Source: an uncultured virus (IMG/VR IMGVR_UViG_2061766007_001353)
Lineage: Duplodnaviria > Heunggongvirae > Uroviricota > Caudoviricetes
Length of the DNA: 37,916 bases
Direction: 5' to 3' (one strand)
Virus record (IMG/VR): IMGVR_UViG_2061766007_001353
The notes beneath the pieces are model-generated. The model ran no database searches and was not told the origin of the DNA. It saw nothing but the letters and a program-made list of their open reading frames with translations. Both the position numbers and the translations under genes were made by a program. How positions within the stretch are numbered: position 1 is the first letter of the stretch; each line of letters begins with the position of its first letter. This document shows, in pieces, positions 16,989 to 26,819 of this stretch.

Positions 16989-17707
16989 TCTTCTCCCCCT
17001 TTCATTGGGTGATAAACCAATCCAAGTTCATTTTCTTTCACAGATACAAATTCTTTTACAGAGTGTACTAAATATTCCATTATTGATACTAGGTCCTTAT
17101 CCGCATACTCTTTTCTGTATCTTTCTAGAAAACAGTCACCAGTACCTACTTGCCAGTCAGAATGGTTAAATTTCCTATAACAGAAAACGTGAAACCCTTT
17201 TCTAGTCTCTAATATATAAGGTGTTTGTCCTTTACTTTCAATATATGCTGTAAGACCTTTTAACACTGTTTCTTCTTTTGTGTCAACGTCAAACATAATG
17301 GTTCGTGTTACTTTTGAGCTATTTTCTACTTTTGACGTTTCCGAAGCAAACGCTTTTGATATGCTTTTTATAGATCTCTTTTGACTATTATAGATGCTAT
17401 AAAGGATGTCTACAAAAGAGTGTAAAACACTCTGTACTACTTTTGCATTATCCTTCCTATCTAGTGTAACGTATAATCTTGCACCTGTAATATCTGCTAA
17501 AGTTATCATTTCATGTTTAACTTTATCGTAATATTCTCTATTATCTATGTACCATGATTTTATTAAAATATTCTTATTCTTACTAGAGCAACCTTCGAGG
17601 TATAGGTTATTTTCACCATCTGTATTTCTTACAAGTAATTCAAACTTATAAAAAGCACCTTCCTCAAATTGTAGAAAGTTCTCTATAACCTCAAAATTAT
17701 TTATCAT
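16985..17707 (-). CDS. Putative AEP (primase-polymerase)-fold protein
   Basis: hhFDVD and ETRKGFHVF motifs resemble the AEP DxD and xGxH motifs; AGGAG RBS before MINNF. Confidence 0.5.
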   Translation of the reverse strand: MINNFEVIENFLQFEEGAFYKFELLVRNTDGENNLYLEGCSSKNKNILIKSWYIDNREYYDKVKHEMITLADITGARLYVTLDRKDNAKVVQSVLHSFVDILYSIYNSQKRSIKSISKAFASETSKVENSSKVTRTIMFDVDTKEETVLKGLTAYIESKGQTPYILETRKGFHVFCYRKFNHSDWQVGTGDCFLERYRKEYADKDLVSIMEYLVHSVKEFVSVKENELGLVYHPMKGGEE

Positions 17708-17793
17708 TGTTCTCCTTTTCACATCCTAACTATCTTCTATGGTACATTGTACAATTTCAGAACTCGCACAACTTCTTGTTTCATTGGTTCGAC

Positions 17794-18960
17794 TCATGCC
17801 AATACCTCCACAAGCTCTACGGACTTACCCAGCCCTGAATTATGATACTTTTGGTTTAAGTCTGAAAATGCTATATTCTTAATATTTTGACTTGCTAACA
17901 AATCTCTATCATGAACTGTATGACATTTCGGACATTCCCAAACTCTATCAGATAATGTTAAATCATTATTTATATAACCACAAGTACAAAGTTTTGAGCT
18001 TGGCTCGAAACGTCCTATTCTTAAAATATTTTTACCTTGCCAATTAGCCTTATACTCTAACATTCGGACAAATTCATACCAACTTACATCACTTATCGCT
18101 TGTGCTAATTTGTGATTTTGTAACATACCTGATATATTAAGTGTTTCTAAACAAATAGTATCAATTTGGCTATCATTGATTATTTGAGTAGATAATTTTT
18201 GTAAAAAATCTTTTCTTATATTTGCAGTCTTTTCATGTTGTCTTGCAACTTTAATTCTTGCTTTATTCCGATTATTACTACCTTTTACTTTTTTAGATAA
18301 TCGTTTTTGTAAAACCTTTAGTTTTGCTAAATGTTTTTCAAGAGTTTTTGGGTTTTCTATTTTTGTACCATTAGACAATATAGCGAAATGCTTTAAACCC
18401 AAATCTATACCTATTGCCTTATCTTTATTCAATTCTTTTTTATCAGGTTCACAAATACCATCCTCAACCAATATAGATACAAAGTATTTACCACTCGGCA
18501 CTTGTTTTACTGTTGCTGATTTTATTTCACCCATAAATTGTCTATCAACTCTTATATTTACATATCCAATTTTAGGTAAAAATATCTTATGATTTTCAAA
18601 ATCTACCTTTAAATTCTGAGGAATACGATAATTATGCCTATGAGATTTCTTTGACTTAAACTTCGGAAAACCTTTTTTGTTCCTGAAAAAATTTATATAA
18701 GCCGTTTCCATATTTTGTATTGATTGTTGCAAAGATTGTGCTAAAACCTCATTTAACCATTGAGTTTTTTCGTCTTTTTTTAATTGAGTTATCATCTTGT
18801 TTAACTCAAACTTACTTATTGTTTTGCCCGTTTTTTCATATTCTTCAATTCTTTTTGCTAAAGCCCAATTATAAATAAACCTATTACAACCAAAATGTTT
18901 TGCTAACATTATTGTTTGTTCTTTATTCGGATATAAACGATATTCATAACTCTTTAACAT
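17794..18960 (-). CDS. tnpB: RNA-guided endonuclease TnpB (IS200/IS605 family)
   Basis: YEYRLYPN HTH, GFPKFK, GIDLG (RuvC-I), CLETL (RuvC-II), CTCG..CPKC Zn finger, HDRDLLASQNI (RuvC-III). Confidence 0.95.
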   Translation of the reverse strand: MLKSYEYRLYPNKEQTIMLAKHFGCNRFIYNWALAKRIEEYEKTGKTISKFELNKMITQLKKDEKTQWLNEVLAQSLQQSIQNMETAYINFFRNKKGFPKFKSKKSHRHNYRIPQNLKVDFENHKIFLPKIGYVNIRVDRQFMGEIKSATVKQVPSGKYFVSILVEDGICEPDKKELNKDKAIGIDLGLKHFAILSNGTKIENPKTLEKHLAKLKVLQKRLSKKVKGSNNRNKARIKVARQHEKTANIRKDFLQKLSTQIINDSQIDTICLETLNISGMLQNHKLAQAISDVSWYEFVRMLEYKANWQGKNILRIGRFEPSSKLCTCGYINNDLTLSDRVWECPKCHTVHDRDLLASQNIKNIAFSDLNQKYHNSGLGKSVELVEVLA

Positions 18961-18966
18961 ATTCTA

Positions 18967-18995
18967 ATTATAACTTAAGTTTTAATTAAAGTCAA
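18967..18995 (-). promoter_or_regulatory. tnpB promoter, probably leaderless
   Basis: TTGACT-17 nt-TATAAT with only 6 nt before the ATG and no SD. Confidence 0.7.
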
Positions 18996-19053
18996 GTGCT
19001 TTTCTGAAATCATACAAGATGCCATACTTTCTATGGTTAAGTCTTACCATAGT

Positions 19054-19389
19054 TTACACTTCCAATAATTCGTTTTCTTCAACATACATAATGGGGTTTT
19101 CTGAGCCCTTAGCTGTTAACCTCTTATTGAATTGTTTACCAACTAACTGACTTTCTAGTTTTTCATCTGTGTCACCAGAAAAAACGTATCTTCCGTCAAC
19201 TAAAGTAGACGGGTATATACCATCAATAGTATAAACGGCTTTAATATCTTTGTGACCAAGCATGCCAACTACAACGTGTGAACATTGTTTAGCATGGTCA
19301 GGGTCTAATTTCCAATGACCTCTTGCAGCTTCAAATAATGAACCTTCTTCTTTAACTTTGTTTTCGCTTGTTTTGACTAACAGATACAT
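19054..19389 (-). CDS. Hypothetical protein resembling the C-terminal domain of LEM-3-like GIY-YIG proteins
   Basis: EAARGHWK..IKAVY.ID..RYVFSG..NPI.Y pattern; AGGAGG RBS. Confidence 0.45.
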   Translation of the reverse strand: MYLLVKTSENKVKEEGSLFEAARGHWKLDPDHAKQCSHVVVGMLGHKDIKAVYTIDGIYPSTLVDGRYVFSGDTDEKLESQLVGKQFNKRLTAKGSENPIMYVEENELLEV

Positions 19390-19678
19390 AATTTTTGTCC
19401 TCCTTGTTTCTGTTTCTTGATATATAGTTACGTAAATTCAAATATTCTCGGTTTGACATTCTGACAGATTCCCCTATCAGTTTCTTTATATCATAGTTTA
19501 ATTCTGCAGGTTCCCATTCATTAGGTTTACTTCCTGCTTTCTGTATCCAACAGTTACGATTTTCGTCTAACTTAACCTTATTGCCTGAGGTAGTGAGTTC
19601 CCAGCCGAGTATAAGAGCTTTTACAAGCAACGCTGTTCTATAGGCTATTTCATACTTTGTTAACTCTACATTTGTCAT
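19352..19678 (-). CDS. Hypothetical protein
   Basis: AAGGA RBS; TTGACA promoter upstream at 19726-19731. Confidence 0.6.
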   Translation of the reverse strand: MTNVELTKYEIAYRTALLVKALILGWELTTSGNKVKLDENRNCWIQKAGSKPNEWEPAELNYDIKKLIGESVRMSNREYLNLRNYISRNRNKEDKNYVSVSQNKRKQS

Positions 19679-19737
19679 CTCAGTTCCTTCTACTTCTACA
19701 TAATATTATCACAAACCTGTAATTTTGTCAACAGTAT

Positions 19738-19986
19738 TTAGATTGTAGGTTCATAATTTTCACAATATACCTGTACTGTCTTACTATTATTCTTTTCTAA
19801 AAATGTTAGCTTTTGGTTGTTACAGTAATCGTCGTCATACCAACTAGCATTTTTACACTTAGAACATGTAATATAACTATTGTAGTGGCAACCCTCCCTC
19901 ATGTATCTAGTTCCAGTCTTATTTGCATTTACAGTTACTGGGAAACCTGTATCGTCACTAACTATTCTTTTCTTTACAATTTTCAT
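19738..19986 (-). CDS. Hypothetical Cys-rich protein
   Basis: CSKC..C..C pattern; GGTGGA RBS. Confidence 0.55.
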   Translation of the reverse strand: MKIVKKRIVSDDTGFPVTVNANKTGTRYMREGCHYNSYITCSKCKNASWYDDDYCNNQKLTFLEKNNSKTVQVYCENYEPTI

Positions 19987-20405
19987 TCTTCCACCTCAAA
20001 TATTTTTTGTACTTCTCTTACAACATTTTCTTTACAACTTTTTGTTTTGTAAAACTCATATAACTCTATAGAATCTAGTAAAACAGTATCCCTCAAATTA
20101 TCTATATTTGTGGCATGTATCTTGTACTCATCATTACAACAAGTTTTCCACTTTGCTAAGAAACATATTAATTTCAATAGTAATTCATTTGTAATTTCAG
20201 GGTATAGAGCATGCTTTTCTTTTGCGTAAGAGCATGTCTGACAGTAACTGCTATTTGACGACTCTATATAAGGGCAAACGTCTGTACCGTACTCTATACC
20301 ATGCTCATATAAATTCTTAAATTCACAGTTGCATAACATTATTGGTTCTATCTGAAATGTTTTGAAAAATATCTTAAGTAACTTTTTCGTCATTCGATTT
20401 ACCAT
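19983..20405 (-). CDS. Hypothetical protein
   Basis: 140 aa, Cys-rich, YPEIT..LL.LI motif. Confidence 0.6.
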   Translation of the reverse strand: MVNRMTKKLLKIFFKTFQIEPIMLCNCEFKNLYEHGIEYGTDVCPYIESSNSSYCQTCSYAKEKHALYPEITNELLLKLICFLAKWKTCCNDEYKIHATNIDNLRDTVLLDSIELYEFYKTKSCKENVVREVQKIFEVEE

Positions 20406-20638
20406 TGTATTAATAATATATCAGAATTAGGTATTTTTAAACAAGTATAATCTAACCTGTCGAGATCTTTAATAACATAATCTGGGATATCAGTAGACAT
20501 CATAACATAATGTCTCCCTGAATCTGCAGCTCTCTGTATTGCTGCTTGTACTTTTTCATAGTTTGTCCGACCAGCAATAGCACGTGTCTCATTTGCAGGT
20601 GTTAAAACTTCTTTTTCTTCTGTTTCATAGTCTATCAT
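20399..20638 (-). CDS. Hypothetical protein
   Basis: AAGGA RBS; 79 aa. Confidence 0.6.
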   Translation of the reverse strand: MIDYETEEKEVLTPANETRAIAGRTNYEKVQAAIQRAADSGRHYVMMSTDIPDYVIKDLDRLDYTCLKIPNSDILLIQW

Positions 20639-20653
20639 ATATAATCCTTTCTA

Positions 20654-20863
20654 TTACTTCTTACAATTATCGGATAAGTTATCTCGTGATGGAATAAGGT
20701 GTCCAAAAATGCCGTACATTAAATCCACAAACTTGAGTAAAAGACTCTGTTTAAAATATGGACACTCAGGTTCCACGTGGTATATTCTAGATTCTTGTTT
20801 AATACAATATCTTGTCGCATATACTTTAAAGTATTTACAATTTATACAGTTGTGCTTTACCAT
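20654..20863 (-). CDS. Hypothetical Cys-rich protein
   Basis: CINC..C..C; AAGGGA RBS. Confidence 0.5.
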   Translation of the reverse strand: MVKHNCINCKYFKVYATRYCIKQESRIYHVEPECPYFKQSLLLKFVDLMYGIFGHLIPSRDNLSDNCKK

Positions 20864-20926
20864 CTATCCCTTTTTACAAAACCTCACGAACTATTATTGT
20901 ATTATATCATATAAATTTCAGCATGT

Positions 20927-21175
20927 CTAGAATAATATCAACATTAAAAGAGTTGCAGTAGGTAAAAATATCGGTAACGCTGTTATGATTACTGTAGCAG
21001 TGAAAGCCCACAGTATTACCTCTATTTTCTCATGACTCCGTAAAATCAGGGATACTACTGCGAGACATACTATAAATATTAAAAAGATATTATTGGTACT
21101 AACAGACATATAAGGGTCTGCTACTTTATGAAAATACCAACTAAATATATTTGTAAAATAATGATTTGTCTCCAT
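20927..21175 (-). CDS. Small membrane protein (two TM helices)
   Basis: Two hydrophobic stretches; GAGGA RBS. Confidence 0.55.
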   Translation of the reverse strand: METNHYFTNIFSWYFHKVADPYMSVSTNNIFLIFIVCLAVVSLILRSHEKIEVILWAFTATVIITALPIFLPTATLLMLILF

Positions 21176-21497
21176 TTATTTTTCCTCTAACCTAAATGTT
21201 TTTCAGTTTTCATTTCCCACCTCAATCTTCTGTATTCTGTCTAACTCTTTTATTAGCTCAATTTTCTTGTTACGATAAAATTCCATTAAGTTATCACAGC
21301 CAATTATTTCATTTTTTATTATCTCTATTTGTTTAATGTATTCTTCTAATTTCATTAGTTCTCATCCGTTCTTTCTAACTTATAAAAGTTTCTAATTGTA
21401 CGCTACAATTTATAGCTTTTTGTCAACTGTTAATCTATATCCTTTAACACTTTTATTATAACACATTTTCTTAATCTTGCTCATATTTTCTGAAAAA

Positions 21498-21869
21498 CTA
21501 ACAGAAATCACCGTATCCCCAAATTTCCATCATATCTTCTTCCCAAGGTGTCATACTTGGGTAAGATAGATGTTTGTCTAAATTTGCTTTACTCCTATCT
21601 AGTATATATTCTATATCTATAGAAGATCTCCACTCTTTAGGTACATAAGATCTTATTATTATATCTAGAATTATCTTTTGGTCTTTATCTATATACTTTA
21701 CATTAATAAGTGTCTTATGTAAGAAGTCTAGTATTTTAAGAGTGTTAAAATCTTTTCCAACTACATTCTCAGAGAACCACTTACAGTAATCTTTATCTTC
21801 TTGTAATATATCTTGAACAATTCTATCTTTATATTTACCAAAACTAAAGTATAGGATTGTTGGTTGCAT
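21498..21869 (-). CDS. Hypothetical protein with FGKYK (exonuclease X C-terminal/DUF3820-like) motif
   Basis: FSFGKYKD..V.DI...D..YC.W. Confidence 0.55.
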   Translation of the reverse strand: MQPTILYFSFGKYKDRIVQDILQEDKDYCKWFSENVVGKDFNTLKILDFLHKTLINVKYIDKDQKIILDIIIRSYVPKEWRSSIDIEYILDRSKANLDKHLSYPSMTPWEEDMMEIWGYGDFC

Positions 21870-21953
21870 TTCAAATTCTAATAACTCTTTTATCCTGTCT
21901 AATAATGAATCTGAATAATATGTNNNNNNNNNNNNNNNNNNNNNNNNNNNNNN

Positions 21954-22132
21954 AAATATTGTAAGTTTGTCATGTTACGACTATACCAATTTTCAGGTCT
22001 ATCTTTATTTTCTATTATCCTTTTGTTTACAAAGCTTATAGATTTTTCCAAATTACTAATTAGTTCTTCCCTTTTCTGATCAATAGGTAATAAATATTTT
22101 TGATTTAAGTGTGTTGTGTTTTCTGTTTTCAT
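21954..22132 (-). CDS. Hypothetical protein (runs into gap)
   Basis: GGGTG RBS; ORF interrupted by Ns. Confidence 0.45.
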
Positions 22133-22141
22133 GCTTCACCC

Positions 22142-22573
22142 TTATACTAATAATTTTCTTATTTCTTCTCGTTCTGTTTTACTCAATTCTTTCCAAATAT
22201 TAATTAACAACCCCGCAAGTGCTTCATCATAAGATTCACTACTAAAGCAGTATTTAGGTGTTTCAAAATAATAGTGAGAGTATAAACTGCCTTTAGAAAT
22301 ACGAGTTATGTAGAAACTAGTTGTAGCTAGATACTTAATAACTCTATATTGTGTTATTTCTGAGAAATTAGGAACTGCCTTCCTAGCTTCGTGTTTTGCC
22401 ACCTCTACAGCTTCAGACTTAGACCACCCTTCGCTTGCCATCCAACTGTTTATCATCTCATTGTATGATTTATAGTAGTAGCTATGACCGTCTATCCAAG
22501 CTTCCCACATTTTAGAGAGCCCTGTTATATCCCATAACTTTTGTGTATTTGGTTTTACTTTAATATTTTTCAT
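22142..22573 (-). CDS. Hypothetical protein
   Basis: 143 aa; GGAG RBS. Confidence 0.6.
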   Translation of the reverse strand: MKNIKVKPNTQKLWDITGLSKMWEAWIDGHSYYYKSYNEMINSWMASEGWSKSEAVEVAKHEARKAVPNFSEITQYRVIKYLATTSFYITRISKGSLYSHYYFETPKYCFSSESYDEALAGLLINIWKELSKTEREEIRKLLV

Positions 22574-22741
22574 ATATCATTGTCTCCACCATCTTGGATT
22601 TAAAAAGGCATGAAATTACTTGCCACAATCTCTCCGTCTGTGTATATTNNNNNNNNNNAAGTCCTGTTATATCCCATAACTTTTGTGTATTTGATTTTAC
22701 TTTAATATTTTTCATATATCATTGTCTCCACCATCTTGGGT

Positions 22742-23530
22742 TTAAAAAGGCATGAAATTACTTGCCACAATCTCTCCGTCTGTGTATATTGAGAGTACAC
22801 TACCTACCTGAACGGGAATTGAGTTTAGGTGTGTACTGGAAAGACTTTCTTTATGCGTAGTTCTGTCTCTTAAACCTGAATAATTACCAGTTGTTCTTAT
22901 ATACACCAAACCGTTTTTTGTAATGACATAATCGTCGTTATCGTCTTTTTGGAAAACTTCATCTAGTGGTTTTATGTCTTCTTCACTACATAGCTTATTA
23001 CTATCTTCTTTTGTTACGTGGGACTGATTAGCTTGGTTTACCGCATTGTCTAAATCACTTTCACGTGCTTGTAACTTCTTTCTTAATTGTTCATTCTCTT
23101 TCATTAATGTGAATAACCTACCTTCTATGTCATTATGTTTTGCTTTATAACAAGTAAGATATGTGTCTTTTAATGCTTTTGTTGCTTCTAGTTCAACTAA
23201 CAAATCTCTGTATCTTTGTTTATACGTAGGTCTATCTTCCACAAGTTCTGTACCATAATCACCTTGTACTTTGAAATTTTCCGTAACCTTTTCTAATTCA
23301 CAATCTGACATATCTAAATAAACTGTGGTTAGACTGCCATCTGCAACATAGTGTCTTCTATCATCAGAATCTGTGAAGTCATATATCCACCTATCTACCA
23401 GTAAAGTAGCTCTGGGATCTTCTTCTAGCCAAATCTTATCTGTATTTCTTAAAACTTCAAATATATAATTCGGTCTACTATCACTTTTCTCTTTATAAAA
23501 CCCTACTTCTATTATATCTTTAATTTTCAT
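22742..23530 (-). CDS. Hypothetical protein with central coiled coil
   Basis: 262 aa; AGGAG RBS. Confidence 0.7.
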   Translation of the reverse strand: MKIKDIIEVGFYKEKSDSRPNYIFEVLRNTDKIWLEEDPRATLLVDRWIYDFTDSDDRRHYVADGSLTTVYLDMSDCELEKVTENFKVQGDYGTELVEDRPTYKQRYRDLLVELEATKALKDTYLTCYKAKHNDIEGRLFTLMKENEQLRKKLQARESDLDNAVNQANQSHVTKEDSNKLCSEEDIKPLDEVFQKDDNDDYVITKNGLVYIRTTGNYSGLRDRTTHKESLSSTHLNSIPVQVGSVLSIYTDGEIVASNFMPF

Positions 23531-23545
23531 GAAATTTCTCCTTTA

Positions 23546-23749
23546 TTATTTTCTTAGGTTTATTTTGTCCGCTAAGTCTCTTATGAATTTCCTAGCAGCA
23601 TTTGCAAAATTATCATTGTCAACTGTACTAAGTGTTGTTGCTATAATTCTTGTACCTCTATCATTGTAATGTAAAGAGCCTTCTATTTCTCTATTACCTT
23701 CATTAAACCTATATACAATAGGGTTTGAGCAAATTTTTGTTACTTTCAT
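23546..23749 (-). CDS. Hypothetical protein
   Basis: AGGAG RBS; ATGA overlap. Confidence 0.55.
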   Translation of the reverse strand: MKVTKICSNPIVYRFNEGNREIEGSLHYNDRGTRIIATTLSTVDNDNFANAARKFIRDLADKINLRK

Positions 23750-24003
23750 TTCAGTATCTCCTTTACCTGTTCTTTTATTGTTACCTCATTTTCTAAAATT
23801 TCATCAATATAATTTACTATTTTTTGAGGTTGTAAACCATATTCACAACTTTTACAATATGCTTTTATTTCTTCTAAATAATTAGAATATTTTCTACAAC
23901 TGTTAGCAAGAGTATATTGTATTCTTAAAAGACTTTCACAAGTTTCTGTTAATTTTTCGTTTTCTTCTTTTAATCTTTTAGTTTGTTCTGCTGTTTCACT
24001 CAT
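23746..24003 (-). CDS. Hypothetical coiled-coil protein
   Basis: 85 aa; tight packing. Confidence 0.55.
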   Translation of the reverse strand: MSETAEQTKRLKEENEKLTETCESLLRIQYTLANSCRKYSNYLEEIKAYCKSCEYGLQPQKIVNYIDEILENEVTIKEQVKEILK

Positions 24004-24007
24004 TCTT

Positions 24008-24352
24008 CTACTGCCTTTTATAGATATTAGTCATCATTTCATTATAACAATTTTTACATAAACAAATTTCTGTCTGACTAGGAGGAATACACAGTGTGGG
24101 TTCTCCTTCTATATGAATATAAGTAGTGTGTTTATGCCAATACTCTTGAACTTCTTTTTTACATTTATCACAAATCACGTAACTATTTTCAGGCAACGTT
24201 ACCCATTCTTCAAAATCTCGGTCATAACTAAAGTCCTCAAAGGAATCTCTTAATTTGTTTATAGCAAATCTTTTTTCAGGACAGTCTTCTAGATTCTTTT
24301 CTAAGTAGTTTATTATGTGACGTTCTTTTATTCTTGTGTTATGAGTTTTCAT
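24008..24352 (-). CDS. Hypothetical Zn-binding protein
   Basis: CDKC...LCKNC. Confidence 0.55.
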   Translation of the reverse strand: MKTHNTRIKERHIINYLEKNLEDCPEKRFAINKLRDSFEDFSYDRDFEEWVTLPENSYVICDKCKKEVQEYWHKHTTYIHIEGEPTLCIPPSQTEICLCKNCYNEMMTNIYKRQ

Positions 24353-24397
24353 TACATTTCTCCAATTCTTTATAACTTAACTCTTCTAGTTCACTTG

Positions 24398-24694
24398 TCA
24401 TTGTTGTTCACTTTCTGTAATTATATCATAATCTTCCTTAAAATATTGTAACCTTGTAATAGTCATTTTATAAAGTTGTGCGTTACTTCTTATTCTTCCA
24501 TTATTTACAAGTTTAAAAGACAATGGATTTATCATTTTATATGTTTTACCTGTTTCTTTACTTTTAATTATTGTTCCTTCTTTTAAACCTAAACTAATAG
24601 CTATTTCTGTCAAAATATTACGTTGTTTTTGTCTTAAAAGTCCTATCTCATATTCAATATCTTCATGTTGCATTATTAAATCTTCACTTTTCAT
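24398..24694 (-). CDS. Hypothetical protein
   Basis: AAGGGG RBS; 98 aa. Confidence 0.55.
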   Translation of the reverse strand: MKSEDLIMQHEDIEYEIGLLRQKQRNILTEIAISLGLKEGTIIKSKETGKTYKMINPLSFKLVNNGRIRSNAQLYKMTITRLQYFKEDYDIITESEQQ

Positions 24695-24862
24695 TTTTCA
24701 TTCCCCTTATCTTTTTCTAATAAGTTATTTACAATATCAGCAATTTGTTCTCTGCATTCACAAACTGTTAGATTATATTTTCTTAATATTGNNNNNNNNN
24801 NAGCACTTATAGCCTTGTATAACATAATTAGCAAGCCACCAACAACGAAAGTNNNNNNNNNN

Positions 24863-25123
24863 CTTATGATGTTTTTCGAGATTTATATAATCCTCTGTTC
24901 CTTTACAATTTCCGCAAGCATAGCAGTTATATTGAGTTTTTAATTTTTCATTTTCTTTTATAATTTTTTCTAAATAGCATTTTTCTTCTTTTAATTCTTG
25001 CTCTAAGCGTTTGTAATTATTTCCACATTGTTCACAACTATTTTTGTCAGGTGTTTTATTGTCTTCGTAACATTCTTTACAGTTATCTAAGTAACATTCT
25101 TTACATTTATCTAACATTTTCAA
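24863..25123 (-). CDS. Hypothetical Cys-rich coiled-coil protein (3' end lost in gap)
   Basis: AGGAG RBS; repeated CKECY units. Confidence 0.5.
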
Positions 25124-25279
25124 TCTCCTTTAATAATGTCTTTAATTTTTCTTCAAATATTTTGTTAATTTGAACATACGTTTTAGCAGGTATTACTTCT
25201 AAAGCACATTGTGACCATATATAACCTAAAGCATTTATTGTATTTGTTTTTTCTTCTGCCATTGTTTCTTTTATCATTT

Positions 25280-25690
25280 TTACGTCTCACTATTATTGGT
25301 ATATCTACAAATGGTATATTTATATAACTTTTTATCATTTTGTTGTTGCATAGTCCCATCTGATAATATTTGCCATTCAGTATTACCGTAATTTTCTTCA
25401 AAATGTTTTCTTACACTTTCTTTACTTTTTTCTTTATTAGAATATCGGTTAGGGTTATCGAAAAAGACTGTTTTTATTTCTTTTTCTTTTCCCCACACGT
25501 CTAAACCTTTTTCATTTATTTCAAATTCGCATTTAGTTGCAGATAAATTAGTTAAGGCTCTCATAAATTCGTCTAAGGTTATTTTTGCATCTAAAACCAA
25601 AGAAGAACTTTTCTCATCTTCTATTCTTAAAGTTATATAATCTTCGCCGATTATTCCATGTCTGCAAATCGTTAATTTACCATTTAACAT
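25280..25690 (-). CDS. Hypothetical protein
   Basis: GAGGA RBS; TAATG overlap. Confidence 0.6.
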   Translation of the reverse strand: MLNGKLTICRHGIIGEDYITLRIEDEKSSSLVLDAKITLDEFMRALTNLSATKCEFEINEKGLDVWGKEKEIKTVFFDNPNRYSNKEKSKESVRKHFEENYGNTEWQILSDGTMQQQNDKKLYKYTICRYTNNSET

Positions 25691-26121
25691 TATCTTTCCT
25701 CACTTTCTTTATTATTCATCCTCCATAATTGGTATAGGTCTCTTTTTTCATATCTCCAAGTATGTCGATTTTTAAAATAATAATATTCTTCTTTTTTGCC
25801 TTCATATTTAGCAATATGGACTGAATGACCACCATCGTAAAAATCATCTAATTCTACTTTATAAGTTTGTCCTACTTCTAACATATCTACATCTACAGGG
25901 ATTTTTTCAATGTTTTCAAATAAATTTGTATTCATATACCTTATAATAAATTTTGTTGTAAGGTCTTCAACAGAATCGGCTTCTGTAGTAAAATGAAAAG
26001 TACCTGCTGACGAGGAATATATTTCCATATAGGGATTAGTATTATTATTTAATTGCATAGTAACCTGATATTCTTGTAATAATTCATATATAAATTCTAA
26101 TGCTTGTTCTTTAGTTATCAT
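25690..26121 (-). CDS. Hypothetical protein
   Basis: GAGGTG RBS; 143 aa. Confidence 0.6.
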   Translation of the reverse strand: MITKEQALEFIYELLQEYQVTMQLNNNTNPYMEIYSSSAGTFHFTTEADSVEDLTTKFIIRYMNTNLFENIEKIPVDVDMLEVGQTYKVELDDFYDGGHSVHIAKYEGKKEEYYYFKNRHTWRYEKRDLYQLWRMNNKESEER

Positions 26122-26163
26122 TATTCACCTCAATTTAATAATCTTTTTTCAATTCTTTAATAT

Positions 26164-26361
26164 TCATTCTTTAACCTCTAATATCATTTCTTTACCTTTA
26201 ATAGTAACTTTGTATCCGAGTTTTTCATATTTTTCTTTAAGTAATTTTGTTTGTATCTTCCCGCTTATAATGCCTATTACAACCCCTAATATAAACACAA
26301 AAGTAAGTTGTAATAAAAGAACTATTATTGAAGCAATTACAAAATAAATATCAATATTCAT
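26164..26361 (-). CDS. Small membrane protein
   Basis: N-terminal TM segment; GAGGT RBS. Confidence 0.55.
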   Translation of the reverse strand: MNIDIYFVIASIIVLLLQLTFVFILGVVIGIISGKIQTKLLKEKYEKLGYKVTIKGKEMILEVKE

Positions 26362-26533
26362 TCTTCAACCTCGCTTTCGGTGTGGTGAGGTAATTCTTCC
26401 AAAATTGTTTCCAAGTTACATTTACCCTTTTCTGTGCAATATTTACAACTCATATTGACACAACCTTTTTCAACTTTTAAGCTCGTTATTGCTGCTTTAA
26501 TTTTCATTTATTTACCGCCTTTCAGAATCTCTA

Positions 26534-26743
26534 TTATAATAAATTACATTCTTTCATTGCTTCTTCTGTTAGTTCGTCAAACTCTTTTTGCGTAAGACCA
26601 ACTATTGAAATTAGGTAATCATATAAAGTTGTCACTGGTACAGGGTAATGGAAAATAGTATCGACTATTTGATTTTTGAAACAAGCAACCTGCAAGTCAT
26701 ACAAAATTTCTTTTACCAATTCTTTTGTATCTATATTATTCAT
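26534..26743 (-). CDS. Hypothetical protein
   Basis: AGGAG RBS; 69 aa. Confidence 0.55.
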   Translation of the reverse strand: MNNIDTKELVKEILYDLQVACFKNQIVDTIFHYPVPVTTLYDYLISIVGLTQKEFDELTEEAMKECNLL

Positions 26744-26819
26744 CCAGTATCTCCTTTATGAGTTTTTCTATTTCTTCGTTTATTAAATACTCTATTATAA
26801 CAGCCTTACTACTGCAGGT

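Larger units (their letters stand above)
17742..19035 (-). mobile_element. IS200/IS605-family tnpB-only element (boundaries predicted)
   Basis: tnpB without tnpA; hairpin at 17747-17771 and a related 14/16 copy at 19002-19017; TTAAC just outside the putative left end. Confidence 0.55.

Noticed and set aside
17780..17800. GGTTCGA T-loop-like motif suggesting a tRNA
   Set aside because: No cloverleaf can be formed; it lies in the tnpB 3' end/omegaRNA region on the other strand.
22520..22790. Direct repeat of about 130 nt
   Set aside because: The copies flank a 10-N gap with a few SNPs; most likely a scaffold overlap of strain haplotypes.
24802..24852. 50-nt segment matching 28880-28929 (similarly 30724-30773 matches 34443-34493), resembling spacers or mobile cassettes
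   Set aside because: Each is an isolated fragment bounded by N-gaps on both sides; scaffolding misplacement is the simpler explanation.
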